From the NCBI RefSeq assembly GCF_009834535.1, contig NC_045707.1, forward strand, positions 53,384,001 to 53,448,000: a DNA stretch of 64,000 nt, given 5' to 3'. Positions 11,200 to 24,290 of the stretch are shown piece by piece. Under the pieces are notes generated by a model. It was not told where the DNA came from. It worked only from the letters and a program-made list of their open reading frames with translations, and searched no databases. Source of the DNA: Camelus ferus (Eukaryota). Positions within the stretch are counted from its first letter, which is position 1. Every line of letters starts with the position of its first letter. The translations under genes and the position numbers were made by a program.

Positions 11200-13287
11200 C
11201 AGGCACGCTGTCTGGCTATTCTTCCCAGGCAGGAGGAAGGGGTTGGGTTGTGAGTTTGATGGTCGTGGGTCAGGCTGGTTGAGAAAAGAAAGTCCTTGGT
11301 TTCTAGGAGTCATTTGGTTATGAAACTGAGCGGACCGTGGATGTTTGTTTGGCAAGGACGTAGCAGAGCCCGGGAGGGGTTGACAGAAAACGTGGGCATG
11401 ACCAAACACCAGCCTGGGGTGGGATTCAGTTTGAACTGCACTGAACTGAGGGCTCAAACGCATATCATGTCGTCAGCTTCAGAGCCGCGGGCAGCCAGCC
11501 CAGGAGACGCACACACAGCCCTCTCTGGGCAGCGTCGGGCCGGGCCCTGTCCTTGGTGCAGACTGCCACGGGTGCGTCTGTGCTGCCACAGGAAACAGCG
11601 GGCGGTGGGTGGCTCTGGAGACCCCGGGTCCCCAGTGCTCGGGGTGGGGCAGACCCTCTGCTCTGACTCATGGCTGGAGAATGAGGCAGCCATCCCAGAG
11701 CCAGACCAGCCTGCCCAGCAGGGAGGGCAGCACCCCTTCCCGGGTCGCAGAAGGCAAACTAGCACCTTCCAGGTTCTCTGTGGCTCTCCACCTCCTCACC
11801 CCCCAAGTAAACCCATGAAAGGAATCACCAGCCCCCAGCCTCCAAGAGCTGCTCCAAGCTCAGCACCAGAGCCACCAGGTCATGGAGCCGAGGGTGGGAG
11901 GGAGTGGGATGGGGAGAGGTGGCCTGGGGTACAGGCCACCTGCCAGCATCTACCAGCATCTGCCCAGTTGTGTAGGAAAGCCATGGCCCCGAAAACGTAG
12001 CAGGGACCCCACTGCCCACGTCTCACTGGGCTCTCAGAGGTCCCTAGTTCAGTCCTGGTCCCAGGAGAAACCCCAGCAAATGCATCTTCCTTTAACATAA
12101 ACTTTAGTCTAGATCGACCCTAAAGTGCATTCTCTGCAACCTCTTATTGCCCCTAAAATGGACCAGTGGGCCTTTCCCCACCACCCTCAAGGTGCCATCG
12201 CTGATTCTTACCTGCGTCACATGGGACGGGACGACCCCCGGGGGGTGCACCGAATCCCACTGTGTTTGGTAACCGGGTGCTGAAGGCGTTGGCAGGATTC
12301 TGTTGTGGTCAGTGGGCGCAGGGGAGGTTGTCCAGTGATGACATCTGCCTTTGCTGAAGTTGGTTAGGAGAGTGACCAGTCGCATTTAATCGTAAGACTG
12401 ACAGGAAATTACCCCCAAGTGTGGGCACCAAACCCGCAGCCACACTGTCTCACAGTGGAGTGGCCCTCTGCCCTCCCTTCAGGCAGAAGGGCCCCCACTG
12501 GGCCACAGGACCCTGCTGCTGGCCGGGCCACATTCCTCGGCTGCGCCCGGTGTCCTGGGGGCCTGGAGCATGGAGCCAGTATGGCCCTGCTGACGTCTTG
12601 TTCTGGGGGCACCCGTGGGGGGACGAGGTGCAGGAGGGGATGGAGAAGCCCCAGCCCCCGGCAGGGTGGTGGAGGCCCGATGTGGTGACCTCCTCTCCAG
12701 GAATGGGCCGTGGTTTCACCTCGAAACCTCCGAAAGCCAGGTACCCCCTTGCCCTGGGCGTGTCCCAATCATGTCTCCTCCACCTTTATTTCATCCATAG
12801 GAGCGGCGGGGCCGAGGCTCTGTCCCAGGGGAGACCAGGCGGTGGGCAAGGTCACTGTGAAGACCTTGCCTGGACGGAGCCCCTTCCCCCCGGACACCAG
12901 CTGGTCTCCCTGGGAGCCTCTCCACCCGGGGTCGCACATCCCGCCACTCACCTGGCAGGACCCTGGCAGTGCTGCCACCCATGATGCAGCTCACTCCCAG
13001 AGGCGTCCCTGCCGCAGTGCCCAGGCTGTCCAGCGACTCCTCGGGCTTTGCTGACCAAAGTGTCCAGGCTTCACCGTCCGGTCTTGGAAGCCCGCAGCCT
13101 ACCTGTGGTCTGAGAGCCTGGCCAGGCCGACAGAGCCGCAGGAGTGGCAGTCGGCCCTCGGCTCTGGGGTGCTGCAGGCTGTTGAGCGATGGCCCCTCCC
13201 CTCCGTTGGGGTCCCACCACAGGGCCACTGGCAGACTAGAGACCTGTTCACAGGGTTCTTAATTTTATGCACCTGTGTGTGCTTACA

Positions 13288-13387
13288 ACACACACACACA
13301 TACACATAGATACATACATGTACACACATGCACGCATACATGCACTTACATACAAACATGCAGTACACGTACACACATACACACACC
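13288..13387. repeat. Degenerate (CA)/(TACA) microsatellite
   Basis: About 100 bp of alternating purine-pyrimidine sequence (acacacacacacatacacatagatacatacatgtacacacatgcacgcatac...). Confidence 0.9.
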
Positions 13388-14606
13388 AGTTAAGCTACTT
13401 TCAGCGTTTTCAGCTTATGATACCATGTGACCACTTGATAGCCTGTATCTTTTGACTGGAGGCCGGGCAGGCTTGTGTGTCTGGTGACCGGTGTGGCTCC
13501 CCTTCCAGAGCCCTGGAAGGGCTGGGGACCATCAGAGGCCACCTGAGCCACTCTGGGTTCTCCCCTCTGCATCCTCCCCCTGCTGGTCTCAGGTTAGGAG
13601 GCAGTCGTCATGGGAACCGCTCCCTATGCTAGGCGGCCTCAGGAGCCCGGCTACTTGGGGAACGGGACCCCCTTAGAACCAGTTGCTTGGCGCCCCCTGG
13701 TGGCCAGATGATGGCCGCTCTCCTGAGTGTGCATCCCATGCTCAGCTCTGGTGGATGTGGGAATGGGGCTGCTGTGTTCCCTGCACGCCTGCTCCCCTCT
13801 GGGCCTGGTGCTTGCCAATACCAGCTGTGGACCGCATTCAGGACGTTGGCTTCTGTCCTTTCTGCCAATGCCAGTGCTGGGAGTAGAGAAGGACATTGGA
13901 CTCGTTCCTACTGAAGTGTCTCTGACTTAGCTTGAGGATGTGCACACCCCCGTGCAGGTGCATTAAGGGGGTTTCAGCACCACGACTCCCCTCACGACTG
14001 CAGCGGGAAGAGGAGGGGTCACACCAAAACACACCTTTGGTGGCCACCGCAGGCCGGTGGCTGTAGATTTCAGACTCCACACGCTGCCTGTCTCATAGCA
14101 CATCCCCTGCAGCTAATCTCCATCCAACATTAGAAAACCAGCCTCCAGGAGAGCCATGAACTGTCGCAGTCCCAGTTGAGCACACTGTTCTAAAAGCACT
14201 TCTGCGTGGTCACACTCCCCCCTCACATGTGCACACACAAACCACACATAGTGCTGCCAGGGCCTCCCTGTGGAGCCAAGTCCGGGCTGCCCGTGCACTC
14301 CGTGAACCCAGGGATGGGGCTCAGCGTGGAGTAACTACCCCGGGCGGAGGCGGAGCTCTGGGCTGGACGCGGTCCTGCAGCGGGATGGTGTCGTCAGGTC
14401 GCCCCTAGGGGTCTGGGCCTGTGCGGGCTCGTCTGCACGTTCAGGGAGAGGAAGGAAAGGAGCGGGAAGCTCTCGGTCTTCTGTCTCCTCCTCCGAGCAA
14501 CTTCGCGGGTGTGTTACAGCTTCCTAATGGGCCCCACTGCCCCTCGCCGACCTCAGGGGCATCCAGGAGCATTAACGCATTTGCCTCCGTTCGTGTGTCT
14601 CCCCAG

Positions 14607-14935
14607 AAGGACAAGAAGAGCGGGCTGCGGAAGCTGCTGGCGGGGGCGTCCACCAGGAGGAAGTCCCGCTCCCCACCGTCCACCTCCCCGACCCACGACC
14701 CCCAGCTGCCAGCGGACGCCGTGCTCCAGGGCGCAGTGGGACCCGACGTGTGCTCACGGTCTCTCCATGGCCGAGCAGGCTCCTGCCCTGTAGAGGCCGA
14801 GATGCAGGGGGCCCTGGGGGCGGAGCCACTGCACAGAAAGGCGGGCTCCTTGGATCTGAGCTTCACGTCCCCCTCCCGGCAGACGCCCCTCTCCATGGCC
14901 GTCCGCCCCGAGCCCAGGCCGCTGCCCAGAGAGAG
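14607..14935 (+). CDS. SH3RF3: SH3RF3 penultimate coding exon
   Basis: Acceptor tctccccag|AAG; donor AG|GTAAG at 14936. Encodes KDKKSGLRKLLAGASTRRKSRSPPS...GRAGSCPVEAEMQGALGAEPLHRKAGSLDLSFTSPSRQ...PRE(R). 329 nt, phase 0 to phase 2. Confidence 0.95.
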
Positions 14936-16964
14936 GTAAGGGGTGGGCCCAGGTGTGGGGGGCTCTCTGCATCTGCAGCCACTTAGGAGCAGGATGATGG
15001 GGGTTTTCTGAGGATTAAGCCATCCAGGCATCGCTCACTACCCACACCTGCTCAGATGCAGTGGGAGGGCACTTCACGTTGAGCCATCTGGGTCCCAGCA
15101 GCTCTTCCTGAGGCCCAGCCACTCTGACACCTCAACACAAAACTGCCTTCAGGGCTAAACCCTGTGAAATTGCCGGCATTCGCCTGCTTTTTACCAAAGC
15201 CAGCAGTTTTGTAGAGTTCAGCCTAGAGTTTTCCAGATCAGGAAACAGTCCACAGAGGCCTTGGCAGGAAGGGGCCAGGGACTGGCGTCCAGCTGGGCAG
15301 GTTGGGTCCGTAGACAGCTTCAGATATGGGCTGACTGCACCATGGGGAGGAATGCTTTCCTTTCTAAGTGACTTTGGCTTGGAAAACTGCTTAAATGGTA
15401 AAAATGGGAGCATCTCCATAGAACACAATCTTGGTGTCAGAATCCTTCCCCTGCTCGGCCACACGGACCAATGCCAGCCCTTCCATGTGTCTCAGGACGT
15501 GTGGCCTGAGACACCACACACATTACATGCACACACACCATGTACAGCACAGACACTACAGACCCTCTCTCTCTCAATTCCTCCACTTCCCTCCCAGGGG
15601 AGCCTCCACCTTTGGGCGGCTCTCCCACGTCGGAACCTTCCTTATTCTATGGGACTAACCCAGTTGCCTGTGATTTCTGAATGTGGGTCCTGGCCCCTCC
15701 TCCAGGTCACAGGCTGGGGGCCCCTGGGAATGACAGATTCCTGCATGTGTCAAGGCTGGCCTCTCCTGGTTTGTCTTCCCAGACCTCTCAAATTCGAGGC
15801 TCCACAGTCAAAGGACTTAAAAAACCTTGTTCTAAAAAATCATGGAAGTCTACGATTAGAAAATTCCCATGAAAATTCAGGGAATTACTCCCTTTCTCTG
15901 GATACTCTGTCTCATTGGGGGGTTACTGGACCCAAAGACCCTCAGCTCCCTCCTTGTCCCCTGCACTCTGCACAGCTCATTAGTGATCAGAGTTTTAAAA
16001 CCAGTCTACACCCAGTGTGCCCCAAATGCCATTTCCCCTCACTCTGCGCAGCCCGAGGACGCCTGCATCCCGTGGCCTGAAGTTGTGGCAATGGAAATGT
16101 CACCTTCAGGCTGGGGCAGCTCCCACAAACACCTGGACTCAGATTGGTGTATGGAACTGACTTCGCAGCTGTGAGCAGAGTCCTGCTGTGGAGGCCATGC
16201 CCTCCCTCACCCCAATATCCATGGGGTGCCTGCCATGAGGGGGATGGGGTGAAGGGCGGGCGGAGCTCACTTAGGGTTCCCACCACCAGCGTGCGGAGGA
16301 GGGGCCCCACTTGGCATGCCTGCAGACCTGCGTGGGCAACCACCTCTCCCTGAGGGTCTGGGGACACAGGAGCTGCTCTGACGGCCCTCAGAAGAGGGAT
16401 CTATGGGTTGCAGTCCAGGGAGGCAGGTCTCATGTGTGAACTCAGAGCCTTCAGTGGGCAGTGCTCCAGGAGCCCTGTTTCTGGAAGCTGCTAAGGGATC
16501 AGGAGACAGTCTTGTCTCCCTGTCCAGCTGGGGTCCAGCCACGCCGCCCTGGCCCTCCCGTGGGTCACAATAAGGCAGCAGGAGGAACACTTGCCACTTA
16601 ACAGCCATTTCACCCAGAGGAGTGTCTCCATTTTTTGTAGTCCCAGACTCCACATGTGAAATGCGGACAGTAACGCCTGATGTTATGTTTGCCAAATGCC
16701 TAGATTAATACCTGGGCAGGTATGACTGCGCCGGGGCCCCAAGAACCCTAACAACGTGCGGGATGTCACGTACACAACACTGTGGCGGTGCTGGCGGGGC
16801 CTCGGGGGCTGCCCCCGCCCCTCCCTTTTTGATTGACAGGCTTTTCTCTCACATTCCCACCCTCCGTCTGTCTGTCCGTCCGTCCATCCGTCCTCACTTC
16901 TGCTGGCCTGTCAATTGTTTGGCTCTGTTGGGATTCAGAAATTTCTGGCTTTGACCTATTATGT

Positions 16965-17388
16965 GTCATGGCAGGTGGATTGATGGCTCCCAAAGACGTC
17001 TGTGCCCTAATCTCCCAAACCAAGCGTGAGGTCGCAGGTGTACCTAAAGTAGGGAGGTTACCCTGACCCTGCGGGACAGCCGGAGTCCTCACAGCAAAAA
17101 AGGAGCTCACGGTGATGAGGTGTGAGGAGAACTCAGCCCGCTTTCCTAGCTTTGGAGATGGAGGAAGAGGCCTCCAGCCAGGAACCCCAGAAGATTCTAG
17201 GGGCTGGAAACGGGGAGGGTACACCGTCTCCCTGGCCTCCACACCTGCACACCCAGCCACACCTCGACTCAGCCCTGGAGGCAGTGCTGGACATCCGACT
17301 TACAGAACTGCTGGCAGAGAAGACGTGCACGTTGTGTTGTCACTGTTTGTGGGAGTTCGTTACAGCAGCGGCAGAGACCCGACTCACA
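16965..17388 (+). mobile_element. MLT1-type (ERVL-MaLR) solo LTR
   Basis: TG...CA ends; atggctcccaaagacgtctgtgccctaatc; gctttggagatggaggaagaggcc; gttcgttacagcagcggcagagacccgactcaca. Confidence 0.75.
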
Positions 17389-19097
17389 CGGGGCTTAGCG
17401 TTTAGTGTCCAGGTGTGCTCTTACCATTCCCAAGGTCCTGGTGGGACACTGCTGTGATGACCACAGCCTGCTGCCCCCAGGACCCCGTCCTCACCTGGGC
17501 CGACAGTGGGCAGGTGCTCTCGAGGGGCCCCTCACGTAACACGGAGGATGCTCCCAACCCACACACACAGCGGCTACAGGCCAGTAGTGGCAATCTCTCT
17601 GGATTCTGCGCCTTTCACTCTTGAGTCTTAGCCTGAAGAGTAGCCATGTTCCACACGCCTGGGTCACAGCCCCCTTGGGACACTCTCACTGACGTCCAAC
17701 ACGGAGTGGCTGCCATCCTCACTGCTCACTTCGACCAGGGCGTCCATAACGGGGCAGATCAGTGACTGTTGGCTTCTAGGGAAGGATCTGCACAGAAACC
17801 TTAATGTTCGTCCCGTGGACATCCAGCCCACATCATCCACCAGGGCTCATTAAATCACAGGACGGCTCAGAAACACCAATATTAGCTTTTTCTAGCAAAT
17901 TATGCTTTAAAGTTTCTTGTTTGACATCTAGCAGTTGAGGCGAAACTGCTCAGAGTGTTCAGAGTGTGAGAAGTGATCTCACTCTGCATTTTCTCCTCGG
18001 GGAGCTGAAGGAAGGGGACAGGCGTTTGTAGAGGCAGGAAGCCATAGGGTTAGTGCTGGTCCTGGTGGCCACGTGGCCTCGGGACCTGGGGTGTGGGAGC
18101 CACAGTCTGTGGGGCCAACTGATCTCACAGGCGCTGCAATGTCTCTTTGGCCACCTGTCCTCTTCTGGGGAGTGGTCGGTGGGCAGCTGTTTGCAGAGAT
18201 GCTGGGCTGGAGGGAGGCCAGGGCTGTCCTCCCCTTCCTCCCCTCGTCCACACCCTGAAAGCTAGCGTCTGGCACCCAGGGACAGTGGTGGAAACCAGGC
18301 CCCAGCCTGCACGCTGGCAGCCCCTCACGGCACTAGAAGAGCCGGGACAGCCAGCTCCCCCAGCACCAGGGGCTGCTCACCCACCCAGCCAGGGCGGGGC
18401 CCCGCTTCTCTGCCCCACCCCAAGGCTGGGAGCTCCCCAGGGCTGGGCTTGGATCTCCTCCGCGTGAGTGTCCTCCCCAAGCCCCAGCAGCAGCCCCAGC
18501 TGCCCCGAGGCCGTGCTTCCCTGTCCGTACCCGGACAGACCGGGCCGGGCCCTGCACAGGTGGCTGAAGGAGAGTGACGAGTTTTCATTCAGCGCCTTGG
18601 TTCTCAGACGTCCGCGCAGATTGAAAATCCTCCTTCCCGGGGCCCATCCCCCAGGGTCTAGTCACGTAGGTCCAGGCCCAAGCCTGGGGACATCACTCGA
18701 GAAAAGCTGACCCAGGATCTCTTGCTTTATAATGTCCTGGTTGCTCCAGGTCCAGAAAAAACAGGTTGGAGGCTCTGCAGGCAGAACCCCTTGAGGACCC
18801 TCGGGACAGCCACCTGCCAGACCAGGGCGACCTCCTTCGGGGGCCCCTGGTGTGGCCATGGCCTGGGGAACAGCCACCTGCCACCTCCCCCAACCAGCCA
18901 GGGGGCAGGACCCCACCAGGCGTGCCAGGGAGGCGGGGAGGGGCAGCCGTCCTCAGGGGGCGCCCAGGCAGCTTGGGGGCGCAGTCTGCATCCTCCACAA
19001 GGATGCCGCCCCAGCTCGTTCGACTCGGGAGGAGGACCGGGCCAGCACCCTTCTGGGGAGAGGTTCGTGGGCAGCGGGAACCCAGCCTTTCCCCGCT

Positions 19098-19198
19098 TTG
19101 CGTCTGCGTGTGATACGTTGCGTGACTTGCGTCTGCGTGACTTGCGTTTTGTGAGTTGCGTGGCGTGAGTTGCGTCTGCGTGACTTGCATCTGCGTGT
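19098..19198. repeat. Degenerate ~15-bp CpG-rich tandem repeat TTGCGTCTGCGTGA(C/G)
   Basis: Directly visible repeated TTGCGT/CTGCGTG units. Confidence 0.9.
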
Positions 19199-19576
19199 CG
19201 GGAGTCCCCGGATGTGGTTCGGAGCCCGGGAGTGTGGCGTGGAGCGGAGCGCTCAGGGGTGGAGGGCGTGCTGGAGGGCAGGGGCGCGGGTGGCCGGGCA
19301 TGAGGGCACCGGGTAGGAAGGGGTTGTAGGGGAGGGAGGACCTCTCCACCCCTCCCTGGGATGTGCCCGGGCCCAGCTCCTCGCACGCCGCCCCCGCCCG
19401 TAAGGGTGTAAAGGGTGGGGACGCGGCCCTGCGAGGTACCCCCGGCTGGGCAGACGGGCAGCTCTGCAGGTGGCGGCTGCCCCCCTACCCCGTCGCAGGT
19501 GTTTCAGAGGAAGCGGGTCCTGGGGCGCCCCTACCCCAGGCCGCCCCGGGGTGCTCACCGAGGTCTGTCTCCCCAG

Positions 19577-19745
19577 GTACCGCGTGGTGGTCTCGTACCC
19601 GCCCCAGAGCGAGGCGGAGATCGAACTGAAAGAAGGGGACGTGGTTTTCGTGCACAAGAAGCGAGAGGACGGCTGGTACAAGGGGACCCTGCAGAGGAAC
19701 GGCCGCACCGGCCTCTTCCCCGGCAGCTTCGTGGAGAGCTTCTGA
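19577..19745 (+). CDS. SH3RF3: SH3RF3 last coding exon, C-terminal SH3 domain
   Basis: Acceptor tctccccag|G. Encodes (R)[55 protein letters not shown] then TGA, a canonical SH3 of the POSH family. Confidence 0.97.
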
Positions 19746-21920
19746 GCTCACGCCTGGCGGGGACCCTGCCTCTGCGTCACTTTAGGGTGGCCTTGAGGGA
19801 GCAGATGCCAGGGCTCGTTTGGTCTACAAGGCGGGGCTGGGTGGGGCATTGGGGCCCAGCGAGCTCTGGATGTCACCTGGGTCCCGTTGCTGCTCGCGCC
19901 GTCTATACCTCAGTCACCTGCCACCCAAGGTCTTCACCGGCCGGTCCCGCGGGGCCAGGTGTGAGCAGTGTTTCCTGCCTTGCCACCGCTGTCCCCTCTT
20001 TCTTGTGCTTCTTTTACGTCTTTTTACTGCAAAACTGTTAGACTTCACAAATTTCTAACAGGACGTACACTGCCTATTTTTCTTACATCTGGTGCTGCCT
20101 TTTTGTAAAACCTGTGAGGTCTTGGTTGAACTTGAAAGAAAAAATGTCTGGGTAGACATCAGATGGGCAGGATTTTACAGGCACCACGGGAACCAGGAGG
20201 GCTAGGTCCTCACGGCCACGGTGCCCTGTGGGGCAGAGGGGCACTGGGTGTGGAGGGAGTTTGGGAAAGCCGGTCTCTGGAAAGCTCCGCCAGAGCACCT
20301 GCCCCGTCTGGACAGGGACGGTCAGTGCTGAAGAACTGGACGTTTTGACGAGCGCTCACCGTGAGTGCCTGTGGGGGGGCGGGGGGGGGCAGTGAAAAGA
20401 ACAGGAGGTCGACCCCAGGCCTGGAGGCGGAGCTCCTCATGGAGGGACCACATTCTGCCTCCTTGACTCAGGACTTCTCACTATCGAAACGCACAGGTTT
20501 TACCACAGTTCAGAGTTACCACCTTGTGAAGGTTTTGCCATTTTTCCTTAAAATAAATAACTGCTCTGCCATCAGGCAGTGCAGACCTCGGTCTAGAGAC
20601 ATGGGGATAATCAGGGCTTTGAGGGGTCGTGCAGACCTGCAGGGTCCGGGGAGCAAGGAGAGGAGGGGGCAGCTCTGATCCTGGGACCTTCCCCATCGGG
20701 GGTCCCCCTTGGGAACACGTTCTTATCAGCCCGGAGTCACAGCTCCTAAATTCTCTTTACGAAGCCACTCAGGTGTAAATCAGGCTGAAAACAGTAGCTT
20801 TCGGTGGGATCACTGCGCCGACAGCTGGACTCCCACTCCGTGGCTTGCGTGCTGCCTCATAGGAAGGTCTGTCTTCCAAGTTCCCGCGTTCGGATGTGGC
20901 AGCCAGGTGGCCTCCACGCTGGCGGGTCACCCCTTGGGAAAGCCTCTCTTCCTCTCTCCAGAGAATAAGAGATTTAATAGAGTTGAGAAATTTGTTCTGA
21001 ATCAAAGGGGGAAAATCTCCAGTTTCTACATGGAGCTGTGTGCAGAGTTTATGAGAACCAGCCCATTTGCACAAAAATTGTGCGCATGTCTAAAATTACG
21101 TCATCAAAAGTCATTTGTGGATTCACACTGCTGAGACACGTGTTCTCCAGTGAAACCAGGGCTGAGTCAGTCCCCAGATAATAGGAACATCTTTTTTTCA
21201 AACGAAGGCAGTTACCAAGCAACAGAACAGACTGGGCCCTCATTGTGATGCTGAGAGGCCCGTGGAGGAGGCGCTTGGGGCCTAGCCCCCCCCACTCCCC
21301 CCGCCCCCGCAGGAGCACATGGGACCGGCACCGGGGCCGCCTTAGGAAGGAAAGTGACTCCAGGGCCGAGGCCCTCTCGCAGGCCGGGCTCCGGGGAACA
21401 GGTCACGCACGACCAGCCCCCGTGCTCTGGGCTGTTTTCAGACCCTCAGTGGTCCCATCAGGCCCCCACAACCACGTAACCACAGACAGCAGGAGCAGAA
21501 TAACCTTCCATCAGGCCATCTTGCCTGGAAGGACACTCTTGTTCTGGCTGCTGAAGTGAACCAACCCTTTGCCCGGTTCCTCATGCACCTTGGTCCTTAC
21601 ATGGCATTTGGGGCCAAGGCGACATGCTTTGAGGAGCAGGGTAGAGTCCACAAACCACGCAGTGACGTCAGAGGACACCAGGCCACAACAGGGTCACGGG
21701 CTCGGAGTCGGGTGGGAGCAGGCAAGCGCTTCCCCGCAGCCTCACGGGTCAAGTCGGGCTCTGGCTGGGAAGTTCTTTGTACTTTGTGCAGTCCACACAC
21801 ACACCCTTGCTTCTGTTATGCACAAATGTCAGTGTGTGATTTTGAGGAATGGACAGTGATGACAAACCATGATGCCTGTATTTCCAAGTCTTTAAATAAA
21901 GCTGAACAAGGAGAGAGGTC
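19746..21920 (+). other. SH3RF3: SH3RF3 3'UTR (3' end approximate)
   Basis: Follows the stop codon, lacks obvious interspersed repeats, has AT-rich blocks and ends near AATAAA at 21895-21900. Confidence 0.65.
21895..21900 (+). terminator. Probable SH3RF3 polyadenylation signal
   Basis: AATAAA with TGTA just upstream (21877-21880) and GT-rich sequence downstream. Confidence 0.6.
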
Positions 21921-23589
21921 TGGTGTCTGGACGAGGGTAGCAGTGAGGTGGGGCAGGGCTGGGCAGGTGCCTCCCATGTCCCCGCGGCCAGCCTGGTGGG
22001 CCACAGCCCAGTGCCTCCAAAAGCTTCTGTGTGGGGGACTCAGGGTCTGTATCTGGTGGCAGGTGCTGAGGGGACTGGGGGATGCCAGAGGGCCTCACCC
22101 AGCACACGCCGAAACTCTGCCACTGCCAGGCAGGTGTGCACGGCCTCTTAGGTCCCCTGCAGGGTCGTGCTTGCCTGGAAGGGCAGTGACTTTCTGCAGA
22201 CAACGCCCCTTGTTTCTTGTGGGAAGCCTTCATGTCAGGAGTATTCAAGTCCTGTCAGCCAGGAGGGCCTGCACTGACCGCCTAGATGAGCGTGCTCACC
22301 ACCCCGCCTTGTGTGTCCGACCTGGGGTGCCTGAGCTGTGGGGCCCTGCTCTCTGGAACACAGTGTGGAGGGTGCCCGGGACCCCCAAGCAGGGGGGGCG
22401 TCAGCATGCTGCTGATCTAAAGAAGGGGTCCTGTCCCCAGTCAGCCAGAGTGAAGCCCAAGGCCAGCAGGGCGGCTGTTTCCTGAAAGAGCCCTGCCACC
22501 TCCTGGCCGGGGTTCACCCCGGCGGCCTTTGACCATCTATCACCTGAGCTGGAGGGCAGCTTAGCGAAGAGCTACTTCGTTCTTCTGCACAACTGAAATT
22601 ACCTCCTGTGAGACTGAGTAACAGAGCCCGGGAACAGGTGGGAGGCCGGGGCCAGCACTGCAGTAAGATGCGTGCACCCACCTCTCCAGCAAGCAGACGA
22701 GCAAGCGAGGTCAGAGCTGCAGTGCCCAGATCTCGTGGCCCAGTGGATCACCAAGACTCAAAGCTGAGTCTGCTCACCAAGTCTCAAAGCTGGGTGCTGA
22801 GCCAGGCCCTGGGATGTGTGTCAGGGCCTGGGAGCTGGGGTGGGGGGAGGGGAAGTAGGGCCATCACGACCTGTGGGAACACGGCAGGCAGGGCCATCCT
22901 GACCGCAGGGATGGACACAGCGACTCTCTGGGCCTGGAATCCAGTCTCAGCAGGGATGTGGTAGGTCTGTCTGAACACAAAGGTGAGGGCAAGGCAGGCA
23001 AAGGGGGACGGGATTCCTGGCAGGGAGTGTCTGGCAGTGTCCCTGGGGACAGAGGAAGCTGCAGGACCAGAAGGAACTGCTGAGTAGGAGGCTCCAGACC
23101 AGTGGGGAGGAGCGGGGAGATGGGCGGAGGCCCCCACGTAGGACGGGCTGCAGAGGGGCGTTTCAGCAGGGCCAAGGCAGGAAGAGCCCCAATCCTGTGA
23201 GGAGGGGGAGCAGCAGAGATGGGAGCTGCACACTGGCCATTGCTGCAGAGACTCGCGGGGTTTGAGTATTTGCAGGACAAGGGAAACTGTGCATGTGTGC
23301 GGGTCCCCAGGAAGCGGTGTCAGGGGTCAGGTGGGCAGGGCAGCGTAGGCAGGACGGTCAGGCCCTGTCACCTCTCCCACACCCAGGGGCCTCAACATGA
23401 GGATGGTGGGTGGGCTTGAAGACAGTGCTTCCTGCTCTATTGTTTGTGGAATAAATCTCATGTTCTCTGTCCCCCCAGCCCTCAGCCTTCTGGCAACCAA
23501 AACTGCTCTTTTCTTTAAAAAAGAAAAATAAGCAGCCCTTGCCCTTACATTCGAGACCGCTGTTTGTGCTTTGGGTTTCAAGAGGCTGA

Positions 23590-24290
23590 TGAACAGACAA
23601 TTCCCAGAAAAGAAACACAAATGGCCGGGTACGAAAAGATGTTTAGCCTCACTCCTCATCAAAGAAACATGAATCCAAATTACACTGCGACTCCCTCCCC
23701 GCCTTCAGACTGGCAGAGACCTGCAGGGGGAAGCTGCTCTGCCCGCAAAGCCGTGGGGAAGCGGCCCCACCTGCTGCAGGGACGCAGGTGCGGGCCTGAA
23801 AGCAGGGCGAGCTGCGCAGCCACCCTTGTGCGTGAGCAAGAGGGTCTCAGGGATGAGAGCGCAAGGCGCAGGGTTGTCACGACACGAAAGGACAGAAGAC
23901 AACGAGAGGCCACCAGCCGGAGACCCGCGAACACGCACAGGGCACACGAGCATGGAGCCCGCGCACTTGGGGCACATCTATTCCTTGGTTCCGCGCACGG
24001 GGCCCAGGAGGTGACACGGATTTGCAGCGTCTCCACGTGGACTGTTGAAGGAACAAGTGAGCAGCACCGTAAACAGCACACATGTTTGTGCTTGTATTGC
24101 TGGCTTTTGCACGAGCACTGGCCGCGCTGGTGCGGAAGTTCTGACGAGAACGGCTGAAGGATGGAAGGAAACAGGACAGAGCGGCGTGGGCGTGGGGCGG
24201 CTCTGGATGGCCCTCTTCACGTGGTGCTTACTTTTTGGTCTGTAAATACCTCACACACTCAGAAAGTAATTTTCACTTTAAAAATCAAGC
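23590..24290 (+). mobile_element. Ancient L1 (L1ME-like) ORF2 end/3'UTR fragment, GC-shifted
   Basis: gaacagacaattcccagaaaagaaacacaaatggcc...gaaaagatgtttagcctcact...atcaaagaaa matches the L1 ORF2 3' end. Confidence 0.6.

Larger units (their letters stand above)
19080..19960. promoter_or_regulatory. CpG-island-like region over the SH3RF3 last exon
   Basis: High GC and CpG density by inspection. Confidence 0.45.

Noticed and set aside
15352..16080. 242-aa intronic ORF
   Set aside because: No similarity to any protein I recognise and no supporting gene structure.
18693..19386. Antisense ORFs with HADAS-like peptide repeats
   Set aside because: An artefact of translating the GCGTG tandem repeat within stop-poor GC-rich DNA.
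21556..22485. 309-aa ORF, the longest in the track
   Set aside because: Non-ATG start, no recognisable domain, and it runs across the SH3RF3 polyA signal; expected by chance in GC-rich DNA.
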